From contig JAEUHP010000275.1 in assembly GCA_016795295.1 (NCBI GenBank), forward strand, positions 2,195 to 66,194: a DNA stretch of 64,000 nucleotides, read 5' to 3'. The translations under genes and the position numbers were made by a program. The stretch comes from Planctomycetota bacterium. Lineage in GTDB: Bacteria > Planctomycetota > UBA1135 > UBA2386. This document shows, piece by piece, positions 18,483 through 27,413 of this stretch. The notes beneath the pieces are model-generated. The model was not told where the DNA came from. It searched no databases and saw only the letters and a program-made list of their open reading frames with translations. Position 1 is the stretch's first letter. Every line of letters begins with the position of its first letter.

Positions 18483-19031
18483 ATGCCTTCGCCCGCCACC
18501 ACCGAAACCGGGACAGCTGCCAAACCGAAGGGGCGGCCACGTGGCGCCGTGGTGGCCCTCCTGTGTGCCGTGGCTGCTGGGCTGGGTTCGGCTGCCTTCT
18601 CACGCGCCCACCGTGGTGGCGCGTCCGGCGCCATGGCGGACCTTGCCGATGGGGACCTGGACGGTGCGGCGCGCCGCATTGCCCTTCACCAGCTCCTGGC
18701 CACGGGCAGCTCCCCGCAGGCCACGACGGCGCAGCTGAGCCTCGGCCTGCTCGCAGCACTGGCTCTCGGGGCCGAACGCGAACACACCCAACTGGCAGCT
18801 CGGCTGGGCATCGGCTCCGGCCCACCACGCTGGCCAACCGATGGCGGGCCACCGTCCTGGTCCCTGGGCGACCCGATGCTGGCGAACGCCACCAGGGCCC
18901 TTGCGGCAGAGGCCAGGGCCGAGCGCGCCGAGGCCGTTCGTTGGTGGCGGCAGGTTGCGGCGCAGGCGAGGTTGGGCGGCGCGGGCTTCGCCGCGGGCGT
19001 GGCCGCAGCGGCCATCCAACGCCTGTCCTGA
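18483..19031 (+). CDS. Hypothetical membrane-anchored protein, first gene of the PilT-like unit
   Basis: 182-aa ORF. Basic N-terminus followed by a TM helix (AVVALLCAVAAGLGSAAF). 37 nt upstream of the next gene. Confidence 0.4.
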   Translation: MPSPATTETGTAAKPKGRPRGAVVALLCAVAAGLGSAAFSRAHRGGASGAMADLADGDLDGAARRIALHQLLATGSSPQATTAQLSLGLLAALALGAEREHTQLAARLGIGSGPPRWPTDGGPPSWSLGDPMLANATRALAAEARAERAEAVRWWRQVAAQARLGGAGFAAGVAAAAIQRLS

Positions 19032-19068
19032 AAGGTGGCTCAAGCAGGGCCGCGAGCCCGGCCGATCC

Positions 19069-20394
19069 ATGCCACGGAGGATGGAGCGGCGCATGGAGCA
19101 CGATCGTCTTGGAACACTGTTGGTCGACGGCGGCTTCGTGGACGAAGCGCAACTCGAGCGCTGCTTGCGCATCCAAGAGACCACCGGGGGAAGTCGGTCC
19201 CTCGGGCAGATCTTGGTGGAGTTCGGCGCCATCGACCGGCAAATGCTGCAGCGCGTGCTGAAGCTGCAGGCACACCGTGCCGAGCTGCGCTGCGCCGACG
19301 AGCCGGCGACCGACACGAGGAGTCAGGAGCTGCTGCGGGCCGCCGCCTCGAACCGCGCCTCCGAACTGGTCGTCAGCGAAGGGCGACCGGTGCGCATCCG
19401 AGTCGCCGGCGACTGGCGCGAACTGAACCACACTCCGGTCGCCGGCCCCGAGGCCTGGGAGTTCATCCGCGAAGTGATGGGTGCTTCGGTGCTCGAGGAG
19501 CTGGCGGAGCGGCACTGTGTCACTCGCCATTCCAGCGCCGAGGACCAACCGATCGTGGCCACGGCGTTCCGCCAACTCGACGGTGTGGCGGTGCGGGTGG
19601 CGTTCGTCGGCGCCCCGGCCAGCACGGCCGAGGAGCTGGGCATTCCGGCAGTGTTGCTGGAAACTGCGCAGCACGGCAGCGGCATGATCCTGGTGGTGAC
19701 CGACCGGCGCGAACCGCGCAGTTGGGCGCTGCGGCCCCTGCTCGCCGCGGCACTGGCGACGGCGGGCCGCCACGGAGTGGCCCTGTGCGACGAGCCGATG
19801 CAGCTGGCCGGCACCGCGGGCCTGCTGACGCCCCGGCGCTACGGGTTGCGTCCGGATCTACGTGCGGCGGCCTTGCGCAGCGCCCTGCGCACCGAACCGA
19901 GCGTGCTGGCGATCGCCGACGTGGGCACTCCCGAGACGTTCGACCTGGCTCTGGGAGCCGCGGCCAACGGCAGTCTGGTGGTCGCCTGCATCGACGCGGA
20001 GAGCGTGCTCGGTGCACTGCAGCGGGTGCTCGACTTCTACCCGGTGCACGAAGTGCAGCGGGTGCGCGCCACCCTCGCCGATGCACTGCGCGCCGTGCTG
20101 GTTCGCTGTTCACTGCCCAACGTCGAGCGCAACGGCACCGTGGTGGCCACCGAACTGCTGCGCATCGACGGGCCAGCACGCGAAACGCTGCGCAGCGGCG
20201 AACTCGGCGATCTGCGGCTCCTGATGCGCGCCACCGACGGCCGCTGTGGCTGGCCGCTGGACCACAGCCTCATGGAACTGCTCGCGGCCGGCCGCACTCG
20301 CATCGAAGACGTGTTCCCCCGCGCCGAGGAGAAGGCCTGGCTGCTGTCGCGCAGCCAGGAACTCGCGACCGCCAGCCCGAGCCCGGAGAGCTGA
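19069..20394 (+). CDS. MshEN (T2SSE_N)-domain protein fused to a degenerate PilT-like ATPase domain (predicted non-catalytic)
   Basis: Start at the ATG at 19069. RLGTLLVDGGFVDEAQLERCLRIQ matches every fixed position of the MshEN motif. The body aligns to PilT (ALRSALRTEPSVLAIADVGTPETFDLALGAAANGSLVVACIDAES). The Walker A position reads TDRREPRS and the His box is lost. Confidence 0.8.
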   Translation: MPRRMERRMEHDRLGTLLVDGGFVDEAQLERCLRIQETTGGSRSLGQILVEFGAIDRQMLQRVLKLQAHRAELRCADEPATDTRSQELLRAAASNRASELVVSEGRPVRIRVAGDWRELNHTPVAGPEAWEFIREVMGASVLEELAERHCVTRHSSAEDQPIVATAFRQLDGVAVRVAFVGAPASTAEELGIPAVLLETAQHGSGMILVVTDRREPRSWALRPLLAAALATAGRHGVALCDEPMQLAGTAGLLTPRRYGLRPDLRAAALRSALRTEPSVLAIADVGTPETFDLALGAAANGSLVVACIDAESVLGALQRVLDFYPVHEVQRVRATLADALRAVLVRCSLPNVERNGTVVATELLRIDGPARETLRSGELGDLRLLMRATDGRCGWPLDHSLMELLAAGRTRIEDVFPRAEEKAWLLSRSQELATASPSPES

Positions 20395-20395
20395 G

Positions 20396-21385
20396 ATGCA
20401 GAACCAACGACTCAATGCGCTGCTCGAGGTCCTGCGCCGTGCCGACGCCGCGGCGCTGCACCTCGCGCCAGGCCTGGCACCGTGCATGCGGCTCGCAGGA
20501 CGCATCGTGCCGATCGAGGCGCAATCCTGGTCCGCCGACGAGATCACGGAACTGGTGCGCGACCTGCTGTTCGCCGACCACCGGCAGTTCCTGCACGACC
20601 ACGGCTTCGTCGAAGTGCTCTACGTGGCGGGTGACGGACGCCGCTTCCAAGCCACCGTCGCCGACCACGCAGGTGTGCCCAGCCTGGTGCTGCAGGCACT
20701 CGGTGCGGCACCCCCGCGCCTGGCCGATCTCGGACTGCCGAACCAGGTCGCACTGCTGGCCCAGGTCCGCTCCGGGTTGATCGTGGTGGCCGGGGGCTTC
20801 GGTTCGCGACGCGACGACACCTGCCAGGCGATCGTCGACGCCTGGAATCAGGACGCCGCGCGCCACGTGGCCACGTTCGAGGCCTCGATCACCTGCGTGC
20901 ATCCGCCGGCAGCAGCGCTGCTGCACCAGCGTCAGGTCGGCATGCACACCACCTGCGTCGCCGAGGGCGTGGCACAGGCCCTGGCCCTGGGTGCCGATTC
21001 GCTCGCGGTGTGGGCGGCAAACGACGCCGACGACCTCGATGCGGTGCTGAGTGCTGCCGAAGCTGGCTGCGCCGTGCTGCTCAATTCGTCCGCCGGATCG
21101 GTGACCGGCGCACTGCAGCAGATCCTGACGCTGGCGCCCTTGGACAACCGCACCCGGGCCCGCACCCGCTTGGCACGCGTGCTGCGCGGGGTCTTGGCCC
21201 AGCAACAGGTGACGGTGCCGAACCGGACCTCGAGCGCCGTGATCGCGGAAGTGCTGATGGTGACGGGTGGGGTGCGCGCCGCGATTCGCTCCGGCAACCT
21301 GCACGAACTGCCGGGGCTCATGGAGCGCGGGCGCGGCCACGGCATGCAGACCCGTGGCATGGCGCTCGCCGACCTGGCGAAGTAG
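20396..21385 (+). CDS. Second degenerate PilT-like protein (predicted non-catalytic)
   Basis: The ATG lies 1 nt after the upstream stop. PilT-like N-terminus (LNALLEVLRRADAAALHLAPGLAPCMRLAGRIVPI). The Walker A position reads GGFGSRRD, the Walker B region ADSLAVWAANDADD, and the His box AGCAVLLNSSAGS. Confidence 0.75.
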   Translation: MQNQRLNALLEVLRRADAAALHLAPGLAPCMRLAGRIVPIEAQSWSADEITELVRDLLFADHRQFLHDHGFVEVLYVAGDGRRFQATVADHAGVPSLVLQALGAAPPRLADLGLPNQVALLAQVRSGLIVVAGGFGSRRDDTCQAIVDAWNQDAARHVATFEASITCVHPPAAALLHQRQVGMHTTCVAEGVAQALALGADSLAVWAANDADDLDAVLSAAEAGCAVLLNSSAGSVTGALQQILTLAPLDNRTRARTRLARVLRGVLAQQQVTVPNRTSSAVIAEVLMVTGGVRAAIRSGNLHELPGLMERGRGHGMQTRGMALADLAK

Positions 21386-21554
21386 ACGCCGCGGCTGCGA
21401 CCAGCGGCGCGACTGCAGCGCCCGCGCGAAGGTGCCAGCGCGCCCGGTGCGCGGTGGCCCGGCACCCTGCGGCGCGGGCGTGCCGAACGCCCTTCGACTG
21501 CCGCGATTCCGCCGCTGAACGCGCGGCGGCAACGAGAAATCTGCACCAGGGCTC

Positions 21555-21581
21555 TCAAGTCCCTTGGCATCGCGCCGATCA
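21555..21581 (+). promoter_or_regulatory. Sigma-28 (FliA)-type promoter candidate for the flagellin gene
   Basis: TCAA-N15-GCCGATCA, compared with the consensus TAAA-N15-GCCGATAA. The spacing is exact, and it lies about 70 nt upstream of the flagellin ATG. Confidence 0.5.
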
Positions 21582-21651
21582 TCGCGATGGGGCGAGGAGA
21601 TCGAAGCCTGGCCCCTGACTCGGCGAATCGAAACAGGCAAAGGATCAAGTC

Positions 21652-22482
21652 ATGGGCCTTCGTGTCAACACCAACATCGCATCGATCAATGCCCAGCGAA
21701 ACACTTCGCTGGTGACCACCCGACTGGCGCGCAACTACCAGCGCTTGTCGACGGGTCTGCGCATCTCCACGGCTGCCGACGACGCAGCCGGTCTCGCCAT
21801 CTCCGAGCGCCTGCGTTCGCAGGTGCGCTCGCTGTCCCAGGCCTCGCGCAACGCGAACGACGGCATCTCCCTGGTGCAGGTCGGGGAAGGCGCCCTCAAC
21901 GAGGTCAGCAACATCCTGGTGCGGCTGCGCGAGCTGACCATCCAGTCGGCGAACGGCTCCTCCTCCACGGCGGACAAGAACACCATCAAGGAGGAGTTCG
22001 ACAGCCTGGTCAACGAGATCAACCGCATCGCCCAGTCGACCGAGTTCAACGGCATCAAGCTGCTGGACGGCTCGTCCAGCTCGGTGACGTTCCAGGTCGG
22101 CATCAACACCACCACGGGCGTCGACCAGCTCGACGTCACCCTGACTCCCGCGCTGAGCACCAGCCTCGGCCTCAACTCGGTCGACATCGGCTCGGGCGGC
22201 AGCACCAGCTACGCCATCCAGCAGATCGACGCCGCGGTCAACACCGTGTCGCAACTGCGTGGCAAGTTCGGTTCGCTGCAGAACCGCCTGCAGTCGACGA
22301 TCGCCAACATCGGCGTGGCCGGCGAATCGCTGTCCGCCGCCGAGAGCCGCATCCGCGACGTCGACGTGGCCTTCGAGACCGCGGAGATGACCCGCAACAA
22401 CATCCTGCAACAGGCTTCGATCTCGATCTTGTCGCAGGCGAACCAGCAGCCGCAGTCGGCTCTGCAGCTGCTCCGCAGCTGA
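21652..22482 (+). CDS. fliC: Flagellin
   Basis: 276 aa. The N-terminus MGLRVNTNIASINAQRN...RLSTGLRISTAADDAAGLAISERL and the C-terminus LQNRLQSTIANI...AESRIRDVDVAFETAEMTRNNILQQA...LSQANQQPQSALQLL are canonical D0/D1 flagellin sequences. AAGGA lies before the ATG. Confidence 0.95.
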   Translation: MGLRVNTNIASINAQRNTSLVTTRLARNYQRLSTGLRISTAADDAAGLAISERLRSQVRSLSQASRNANDGISLVQVGEGALNEVSNILVRLRELTIQSANGSSSTADKNTIKEEFDSLVNEINRIAQSTEFNGIKLLDGSSSSVTFQVGINTTTGVDQLDVTLTPALSTSLGLNSVDIGSGGSTSYAIQQIDAAVNTVSQLRGKFGSLQNRLQSTIANIGVAGESLSAAESRIRDVDVAFETAEMTRNNILQQASISILSQANQQPQSALQLLRS

Positions 22483-22547
22483 GCGAGGGCACGCTCGGGG
22501 GCGGAACGCTGGCGCCTTCGGCGCCGCGCACGACGCATCCTTTGCCA

Positions 22548-22603
22548 CCGCGGGGGTGATGCCCCGCGGAACTCCGGCCGGGCAGTCCCGGCCGGAGTCT
22601 TGT
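22548..22603 (+). terminator. Two consecutive GC-rich hairpins downstream of fliC, in the convergent gap with lptB
   Basis: ccgcgggg-gtgatg-ccccgcgg is an 8-bp stem. ctccggccggg-cagt-cccggccggag is an 11-bp stem followed by tcttgt. Confidence 0.5.
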
Positions 22604-22741
22604 ACCCATCGCTGCCGTGGCCGCGGCCGAACCACGCTTGCAAGCACTGGCCACGGCCGCTCGTTGCGGAGCGCCTTGCGCTCACGAGAAGCCCTGCGCA
22701 GCGCGAGGCTGCTCGTGACCACCGCCCCGGTCGTGCCGGGC

Positions 22742-23539
22742 TCACTCCAGGTCGAGACCGCGCTCTTCCTCGTCGGAGATGCCTTCGCCGAACGAGTTGC
22801 CGAGGTAGACGCGCCGCACCTGTTCGTTGGCGACGATCGCCTGGGGATCGCCCTCGGCGATCACCTTGCCGGCATTGATGATGTAGGCGCGATGGGTGAT
22901 GCGCAGGGTGGCGATCACGTTGTGCTCGGTGATCAGGATCGCGATGCCCGAACGCGCCAACGCCGCCAGGATCTGCTGGATCTCTTCCACCGTGATCGGA
23001 TCGACCCCGGCGAACGGCTCGTCGAGCAACAACAGGCGCGGCTCGGTGGCCAGCGCGCGGGCGATCTCCAGGCGCCGCTTTTCGCCGCCGGACATGGTCT
23101 CGGCGATCGACTCGGCGACGTGCATCAGTTGCAGATCCTGCAGCAGTTCGCGGGCGCGTTGTTCGCGGTCCTTGCGCCGCATGCCACGCGCTTCCAGCAC
23201 GGCACGCACGTTGTCGATCGCCGACATCTTCTTGAACACCGACTCCTGCTGCGCCAGGTAGCCGAGGCCGATGCGGGCGCGCTGGTGCATCGCCAGCCGC
23301 GTCACGTCGCGGCCGTCCAGCCACACGGTGCCGGCATCCGGCACCACCATGCCGACCACCATGCGGAACGTGGTGGTCTTGCCCGCACCGTTCGGGCCGA
23401 GCAGGCCGATGATCTCCCCTTCGCGCACGGCGATCGACGCGTGGTCGACCACGCGCCGGCCGCGGTAGGCCTTGACCAGGCCGTCGGTGCGCAGGATCAC
23501 CGGCGCCGGCACAGGCGCACTGGTTGCACTGTCGGTCAT
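22742..23539 (-). CDS. lptB: LPS export ABC transporter ATP-binding protein LptB
   Basis: Start at MTDSATS (23539), in an ATGA overlap with the lepB stop. Walker A GPNGAGKTT, signature MSGGEKRR, Walker B LLLDEPFAG, and an LptB-type C-terminus VRRVYLG. Confidence 0.9.
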   Translation of the reverse strand: MTDSATSAPVPAPVILRTDGLVKAYRGRRVVDHASIAVREGEIIGLLGPNGAGKTTTFRMVVGMVVPDAGTVWLDGRDVTRLAMHQRARIGLGYLAQQESVFKKMSAIDNVRAVLEARGMRRKDREQRARELLQDLQLMHVAESIAETMSGGEKRRLEIARALATEPRLLLLDEPFAGVDPITVEEIQQILAALARSGIAILITEHNVIATLRITHRAYIINAGKVIAEGDPQAIVANEQVRRVYLGNSFGEGISDEEERGLDLE

Positions 23540-25257
23540 CGCACCGTGCCGAAGCGGCCGGGCCAGGTGCTCCCGGTCAGCCAGGAGAACGGCCGGCACG
23601 GATAGAACACCAAGAGACCGCGACCCTGGATGTCGCTGCGCGGCACGAACGACACGCCCACCGTGTTGCCCGGCGTGGTCTCGACGGCGCGGAATTCGTC
23701 GCGGCCGTCCTGGCCGGCGGTGCCGGGTTTGCGGAACACCACGCCCTGGGCCGCCCAGCCAGCACCGGGATCGCCTTCGAGACGCAGGATCTCGCCGTAC
23801 TCGTCGATCATCACCACCGCATGGCGGCTCGGGATCGCGATCGGCGTCTCGTCGCGGTCCGGCGGCTGGTCGAGCGGCACCGGCCGCTTGTTGCCGCGCA
23901 CCGGCCGCGCGCCTTCGGTGCCTTCGGGCACGATCTGGTTGCCCTTGACCCACACCGTGACCGCGGTGAAACCACGCGAGTCTATCGAGCCGAGGGTGTT
24001 GTCACCCATCATGTAGTAGTGGCCTTCGGGCACTTCGATCAGCTCGGGTGCGGTCGAACGCGTGTAGTGCAGGTCGCGCCACAAACGCACGTCGTCGAGG
24101 CGCAACGTGCCCTTGCCCTTGGCCGTGAACTGCGGGGTGACGGCCTGGTCGGCGGTGGCGACGCACGGCTTGCCCGGTTCGTACGGCAACACGCAGCCGT
24201 CCCGGCAGGTCCACGCATTGGTGTCGAAGCGCTGCACTTCACGTCCCGCACGCCAGGCGATCAGCTGGTCGTCGACGTGGGCGAACGCCAGCTCGGTGGC
24301 GCTGCGCGCGGGCAGTTCGACGGCGAACTCGGGCGACTCGGCGAGTGGCTGGCCGTCCTTGCCGCGCACCTGCAGGCGGCCCTTGCCACCCTTGATCGCG
24401 AAGGTGTAGGTGAGCCGATCGTGGCCCGGGCGTCGCACCTCGATCTCGAAGGCGAGTTCGTCGAGGCCGTCTTCCGGAGTCACCAGCGCCGCGAGTTTGG
24501 CGTCCGGCACGATCTCCTGCGGCATCGGCCCCATGCCGGCCCGGATCGCCGCCGCGGCCTTGGTCGGGTAGCCGTCCCAGTACAGGTCGACGAAGCCGCC
24601 GTGGTCGGCGTCGCGGAAGTAGAGCTTGCGGGTGCTGCCGCCCTCGAGCTTGAGCGCGAAGCCGCGCTCGTCTTCGCTGCCGGCGCTGCTCGGAGTCACG
24701 GCCCAGGCCTTGTCGAGCCCCTTGCTCTCGCCGCCCACCAGGCGCCGCGCCGGATACACGTCGCGCCACATCAGCTCCTGCAGGTCGTCGGGCTTGCGGA
24801 TCGCGGCGTAGCTGCGCTTGCCGCCGGCGTCGGTGACCTGGTACAGGTTGCCGCCGCCGATCGTGAGCCGGTCGCCGGGCATGCCGACCAGGCGCTTCAC
24901 GTAGTTCTGGTTCTTCTGCAGCGGGTACTTGAACACCGTGATGTCCCAGCGCTGCGGTTCGCGCACGGTGGCTGCGGCCTTGTCGACCAGGATGCGGTCG
25001 AACACCCCGGCGTTGTTGTCGCCCATCAGGGTCGGCTGCATCGACGAAGTCGGGATCACGTAGGCTTCGATGCAGAACCACTTCAGCAGCACGGCGGCCA
25101 GGATCGCGACGCCGAACGCTTCGAGGTTGGTGCGCACCGGGCCCATGGTCGGGGGCTTCTTGCCCTTCTTGGCCGGCTCGGCGGCAGCGGCAGCCCGCAA
25201 CGCGGCCTCGGCGGCGCTGGTGACGGCGGAACTCGGCGGAATGGCTGGGCTGGTCAT
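23536..25257 (-). CDS. lepB: Signal peptidase I, unusually long form
   Basis: Start at the ATG at 25257. Box B IPTSSMQPTL, box D YVKRLVGMPGD, box E YYMMGDNTLGSIDSRGF. Large insertions lie between the boxes and after box E. Confidence 0.85.
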   Translation of the reverse strand: MTSPAIPPSSAVTSAAEAALRAAAAAEPAKKGKKPPTMGPVRTNLEAFGVAILAAVLLKWFCIEAYVIPTSSMQPTLMGDNNAGVFDRILVDKAAATVREPQRWDITVFKYPLQKNQNYVKRLVGMPGDRLTIGGGNLYQVTDAGGKRSYAAIRKPDDLQELMWRDVYPARRLVGGESKGLDKAWAVTPSSAGSEDERGFALKLEGGSTRKLYFRDADHGGFVDLYWDGYPTKAAAAIRAGMGPMPQEIVPDAKLAALVTPEDGLDELAFEIEVRRPGHDRLTYTFAIKGGKGRLQVRGKDGQPLAESPEFAVELPARSATELAFAHVDDQLIAWRAGREVQRFDTNAWTCRDGCVLPYEPGKPCVATADQAVTPQFTAKGKGTLRLDDVRLWRDLHYTRSTAPELIEVPEGHYYMMGDNTLGSIDSRGFTAVTVWVKGNQIVPEGTEGARPVRGNKRPVPLDQPPDRDETPIAIPSRHAVVMIDEYGEILRLEGDPGAGWAAQGVVFRKPGTAGQDGRDEFRAVETTPGNTVGVSFVPRSDIQGRGLLVFYPCRPFSWLTGSTWPGRFGTVR

Positions 25258-25376
25258 GGGCGTCGCAGGCCGGGCAGTGTCGTCGTTGGCCGGCGACGGC
25301 GCCAGGGGGAAGCGGCGGAGCCGGCGGAGCGGGCGCATTGGCACCGGGGCCCCCGCTGCCGATGCCACCGGCTCTT

Positions 25377-25405
25377 TTGCACCCCTGCGAGGAAATCGCT
25401 ACAAC
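25377..25405 (+). promoter_or_regulatory. Sigma-70-like promoter candidate for the lipoprotein cluster
   Basis: TTGCAC-17 nt-TACAAC, about 85 nt upstream of the ATG at 25491. The judgement uses the E. coli consensus only. Confidence 0.3.
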
Positions 25406-25490
25406 GGTTGCCGCGCATTTGCGCTGAAACCCGATTCACCCCGTTCGCCGGGCTCGGCCCGGCGATGGCGACGCACCGCAACCTCCCACG

Positions 25491-26087
25491 ATGGCGAAAC
25501 ACCTGCTGTTCTGTGGCCTGATCGGCCTTCTCCTTTCCGCCTGCGCCGGCACCCGTGACTCCCGGGTGGCCACGGACTCTGCCGACACCGTGACCGGTAC
25601 GGGCCTGCAGAGCATGGACATCAAGGACATGGCGGTGAAGATGGCCGCCGACATCAAGGCCAATGGTGCTCTGGCGCAGGGAACGGACGGGGAGCGCAAG
25701 TCGTTCTACATCTACCCCCTCGACAACCAGAGCTCGGATCGCATCGACAAGGAGCTCATCCTGGAGAAGATCCGGACCGAACTGTCCAAGTCGATGGGGC
25801 GCACGATCAAGATCATCGATCGGAGCATGGATGCCGACCGGCTCACCAATGAAGAACGTATGCAGAAGGACGCCGGCATGGTCAGCGGCACCAACGGACG
25901 CAAGGTCGCGGGCAGCGACTTCGTGCTGACCGGCACGATCCGGAGCCGCGATCGCCAGGCGGGACGCCTGAAGTCTTCGTACATCGTGGTGACGTTCAAG
26001 CTCACCAGCCTGGTCGACCAGGAACTGGTCTGGACCAACGATTACGAGATCAAGAGCGAGTCCGAGAAGTCGGTGATCAACCGCTGA
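25491..26087 (+). CDS. LpoB/YcfM-like (COG3417-type) lipoprotein
   Basis: Lipobox LLLSAC. FYIYPLDNQSSDRIDKELILEKIRTEL and DFVLTGTIRS...YIVVTFKLTSLVDQELVW resemble the LpoB C-terminal domain pattern. Confidence 0.6.
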   Translation: MAKHLLFCGLIGLLLSACAGTRDSRVATDSADTVTGTGLQSMDIKDMAVKMAADIKANGALAQGTDGERKSFYIYPLDNQSSDRIDKELILEKIRTELSKSMGRTIKIIDRSMDADRLTNEERMQKDAGMVSGTNGRKVAGSDFVLTGTIRSRDRQAGRLKSSYIVVTFKLTSLVDQELVWTNDYEIKSESEKSVINR

Positions 26088-26102
26088 GCGCGGCCGAAGT
26101 CC

Positions 26103-27386
26103 ATGACGCGCGCCCGCTTCTGCCACCTGCTGCTCGCATCCCTGGCCGCGGCCTGCTCGGTGGGGCAGCCGAAGGTGCCGATCGATCGCTACCGCGCGGG
26201 AGAGTTCGCCCAGGTCGCCACCTTCGCCGAGCAAGAGCTCGCCGAGGGGGACCCGGAGAACGAAGCGATCGTGCAGAACGTAGCCGGCCAGGCGCAGTTG
26301 TTCCTGGGCCGGATCGACGCGGCGCGGCGCAGCTTCGCCACGGCCTATCAGATCATGGGCACGTGGGCTACGGCTGGTTCCGAGGTCTACAAGGCCGTCT
26401 TCGGCAGCGAGAGCAGCAAGACCTGGCGCGGGGATCCCTACGAACGCGGCATGAACGCCGTGTATTTGGCCTTGTGCGACTTCTGGCACGGCGAGCCGGA
26501 CAACGCGCGCGCCTGCTTGATCAACGGCATCATGGCCGACGCGGAGTCGGGGGCCGAAGACGCCGAGGGCGCAGCGGCCAGGGTGAAGGAAGACAACGCC
26601 TTGCTGTTCTGGATGGCGGGGCGCATGGGGCGGCTGGCGGGTTCTTCGGACGTCGAACAGAACTTCGCCGACGCTGTGCAGGCCCACGAGTTCGCGCTGG
26701 CCAATGGCGCCCGCGGTGACGCGGCGAATCCGATCCTCAGTTCGCCCAAGGCCGGCAATCTGGTGGTCCTGGTCGAGTGCGGCATGGGGCCGGAGAAATA
26801 CGCCAAGGGCATGGGCGATCCGATCGCTCGGTTCCGCGAGCGCGCCGACGTGGCCGCGCGCGCCGAAGTCGCCGTCGACGGCCGACCCGTGGGACCCGCC
26901 CATGTGCTCGCGGACGTCTTCTACCAGGCCACCACCCGCGGGGGCACGGCCATGGAAGGCATCCGCAAGGGCAAAGCAGTGGTGAAGATCGCCGCGGCCG
27001 TCACCGGCGTCGAGGCTCTCAAGTTCGCCGCGCGGCAACAGGACTCGCAGCGCGCGGCGGCGGCGGCGGCAGTCGCCGGCGTCTCGTTCCTGGTGGCTTG
27101 GTTGGTGTCGTCGGACGCGGACGTGCGCCATTGGCCGACACTGCCGTCCACCGTGGGGGTCGCAGTCACGACGCTGCCACCGGGCGATCACCAGCTGGAC
27201 GTCGAATTCTTCGACAGTCGCGGCAATGCGCTCACCTCGCTGCGCCAGCAATCCATCGTTCGCGTGCCGACTCGTGGAGAAGCCTGGTGCCTGGTGCGTC
27301 CCGCTCGGGGTCCAGCGGTCGCCGGAGCGCCGGTTTCGACGAATCCGGCGCCAGCGGTGCAACCCGGGGCCACGGCTCTGCGCTGA
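26103..27386 (+). CDS. Large lipoprotein of unknown function
   Basis: Lipobox SLAAAC. 427 aa with a helical N-terminal half (WRGDPYERGMNAVYLALCDFW), a hydrophobic segment VAGVSFLVAWLV, and a beta-rich C-terminus. No confident family. Confidence 0.6.
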   Translation: MTRARFCHLLLASLAAACSVGQPKVPIDRYRAGEFAQVATFAEQELAEGDPENEAIVQNVAGQAQLFLGRIDAARRSFATAYQIMGTWATAGSEVYKAVFGSESSKTWRGDPYERGMNAVYLALCDFWHGEPDNARACLINGIMADAESGAEDAEGAAARVKEDNALLFWMAGRMGRLAGSSDVEQNFADAVQAHEFALANGARGDAANPILSSPKAGNLVVLVECGMGPEKYAKGMGDPIARFRERADVAARAEVAVDGRPVGPAHVLADVFYQATTRGGTAMEGIRKGKAVVKIAAAVTGVEALKFAARQQDSQRAAAAAAVAGVSFLVAWLVSSDADVRHWPTLPSTVGVAVTTLPPGDHQLDVEFFDSRGNALTSLRQQSIVRVPTRGEAWCLVRPARGPAVAGAPVSTNPAPAVQPGATALR

Positions 27387-27413
27387 GGCACGGTTCCCTC
27401 CTTGGAATCCATC

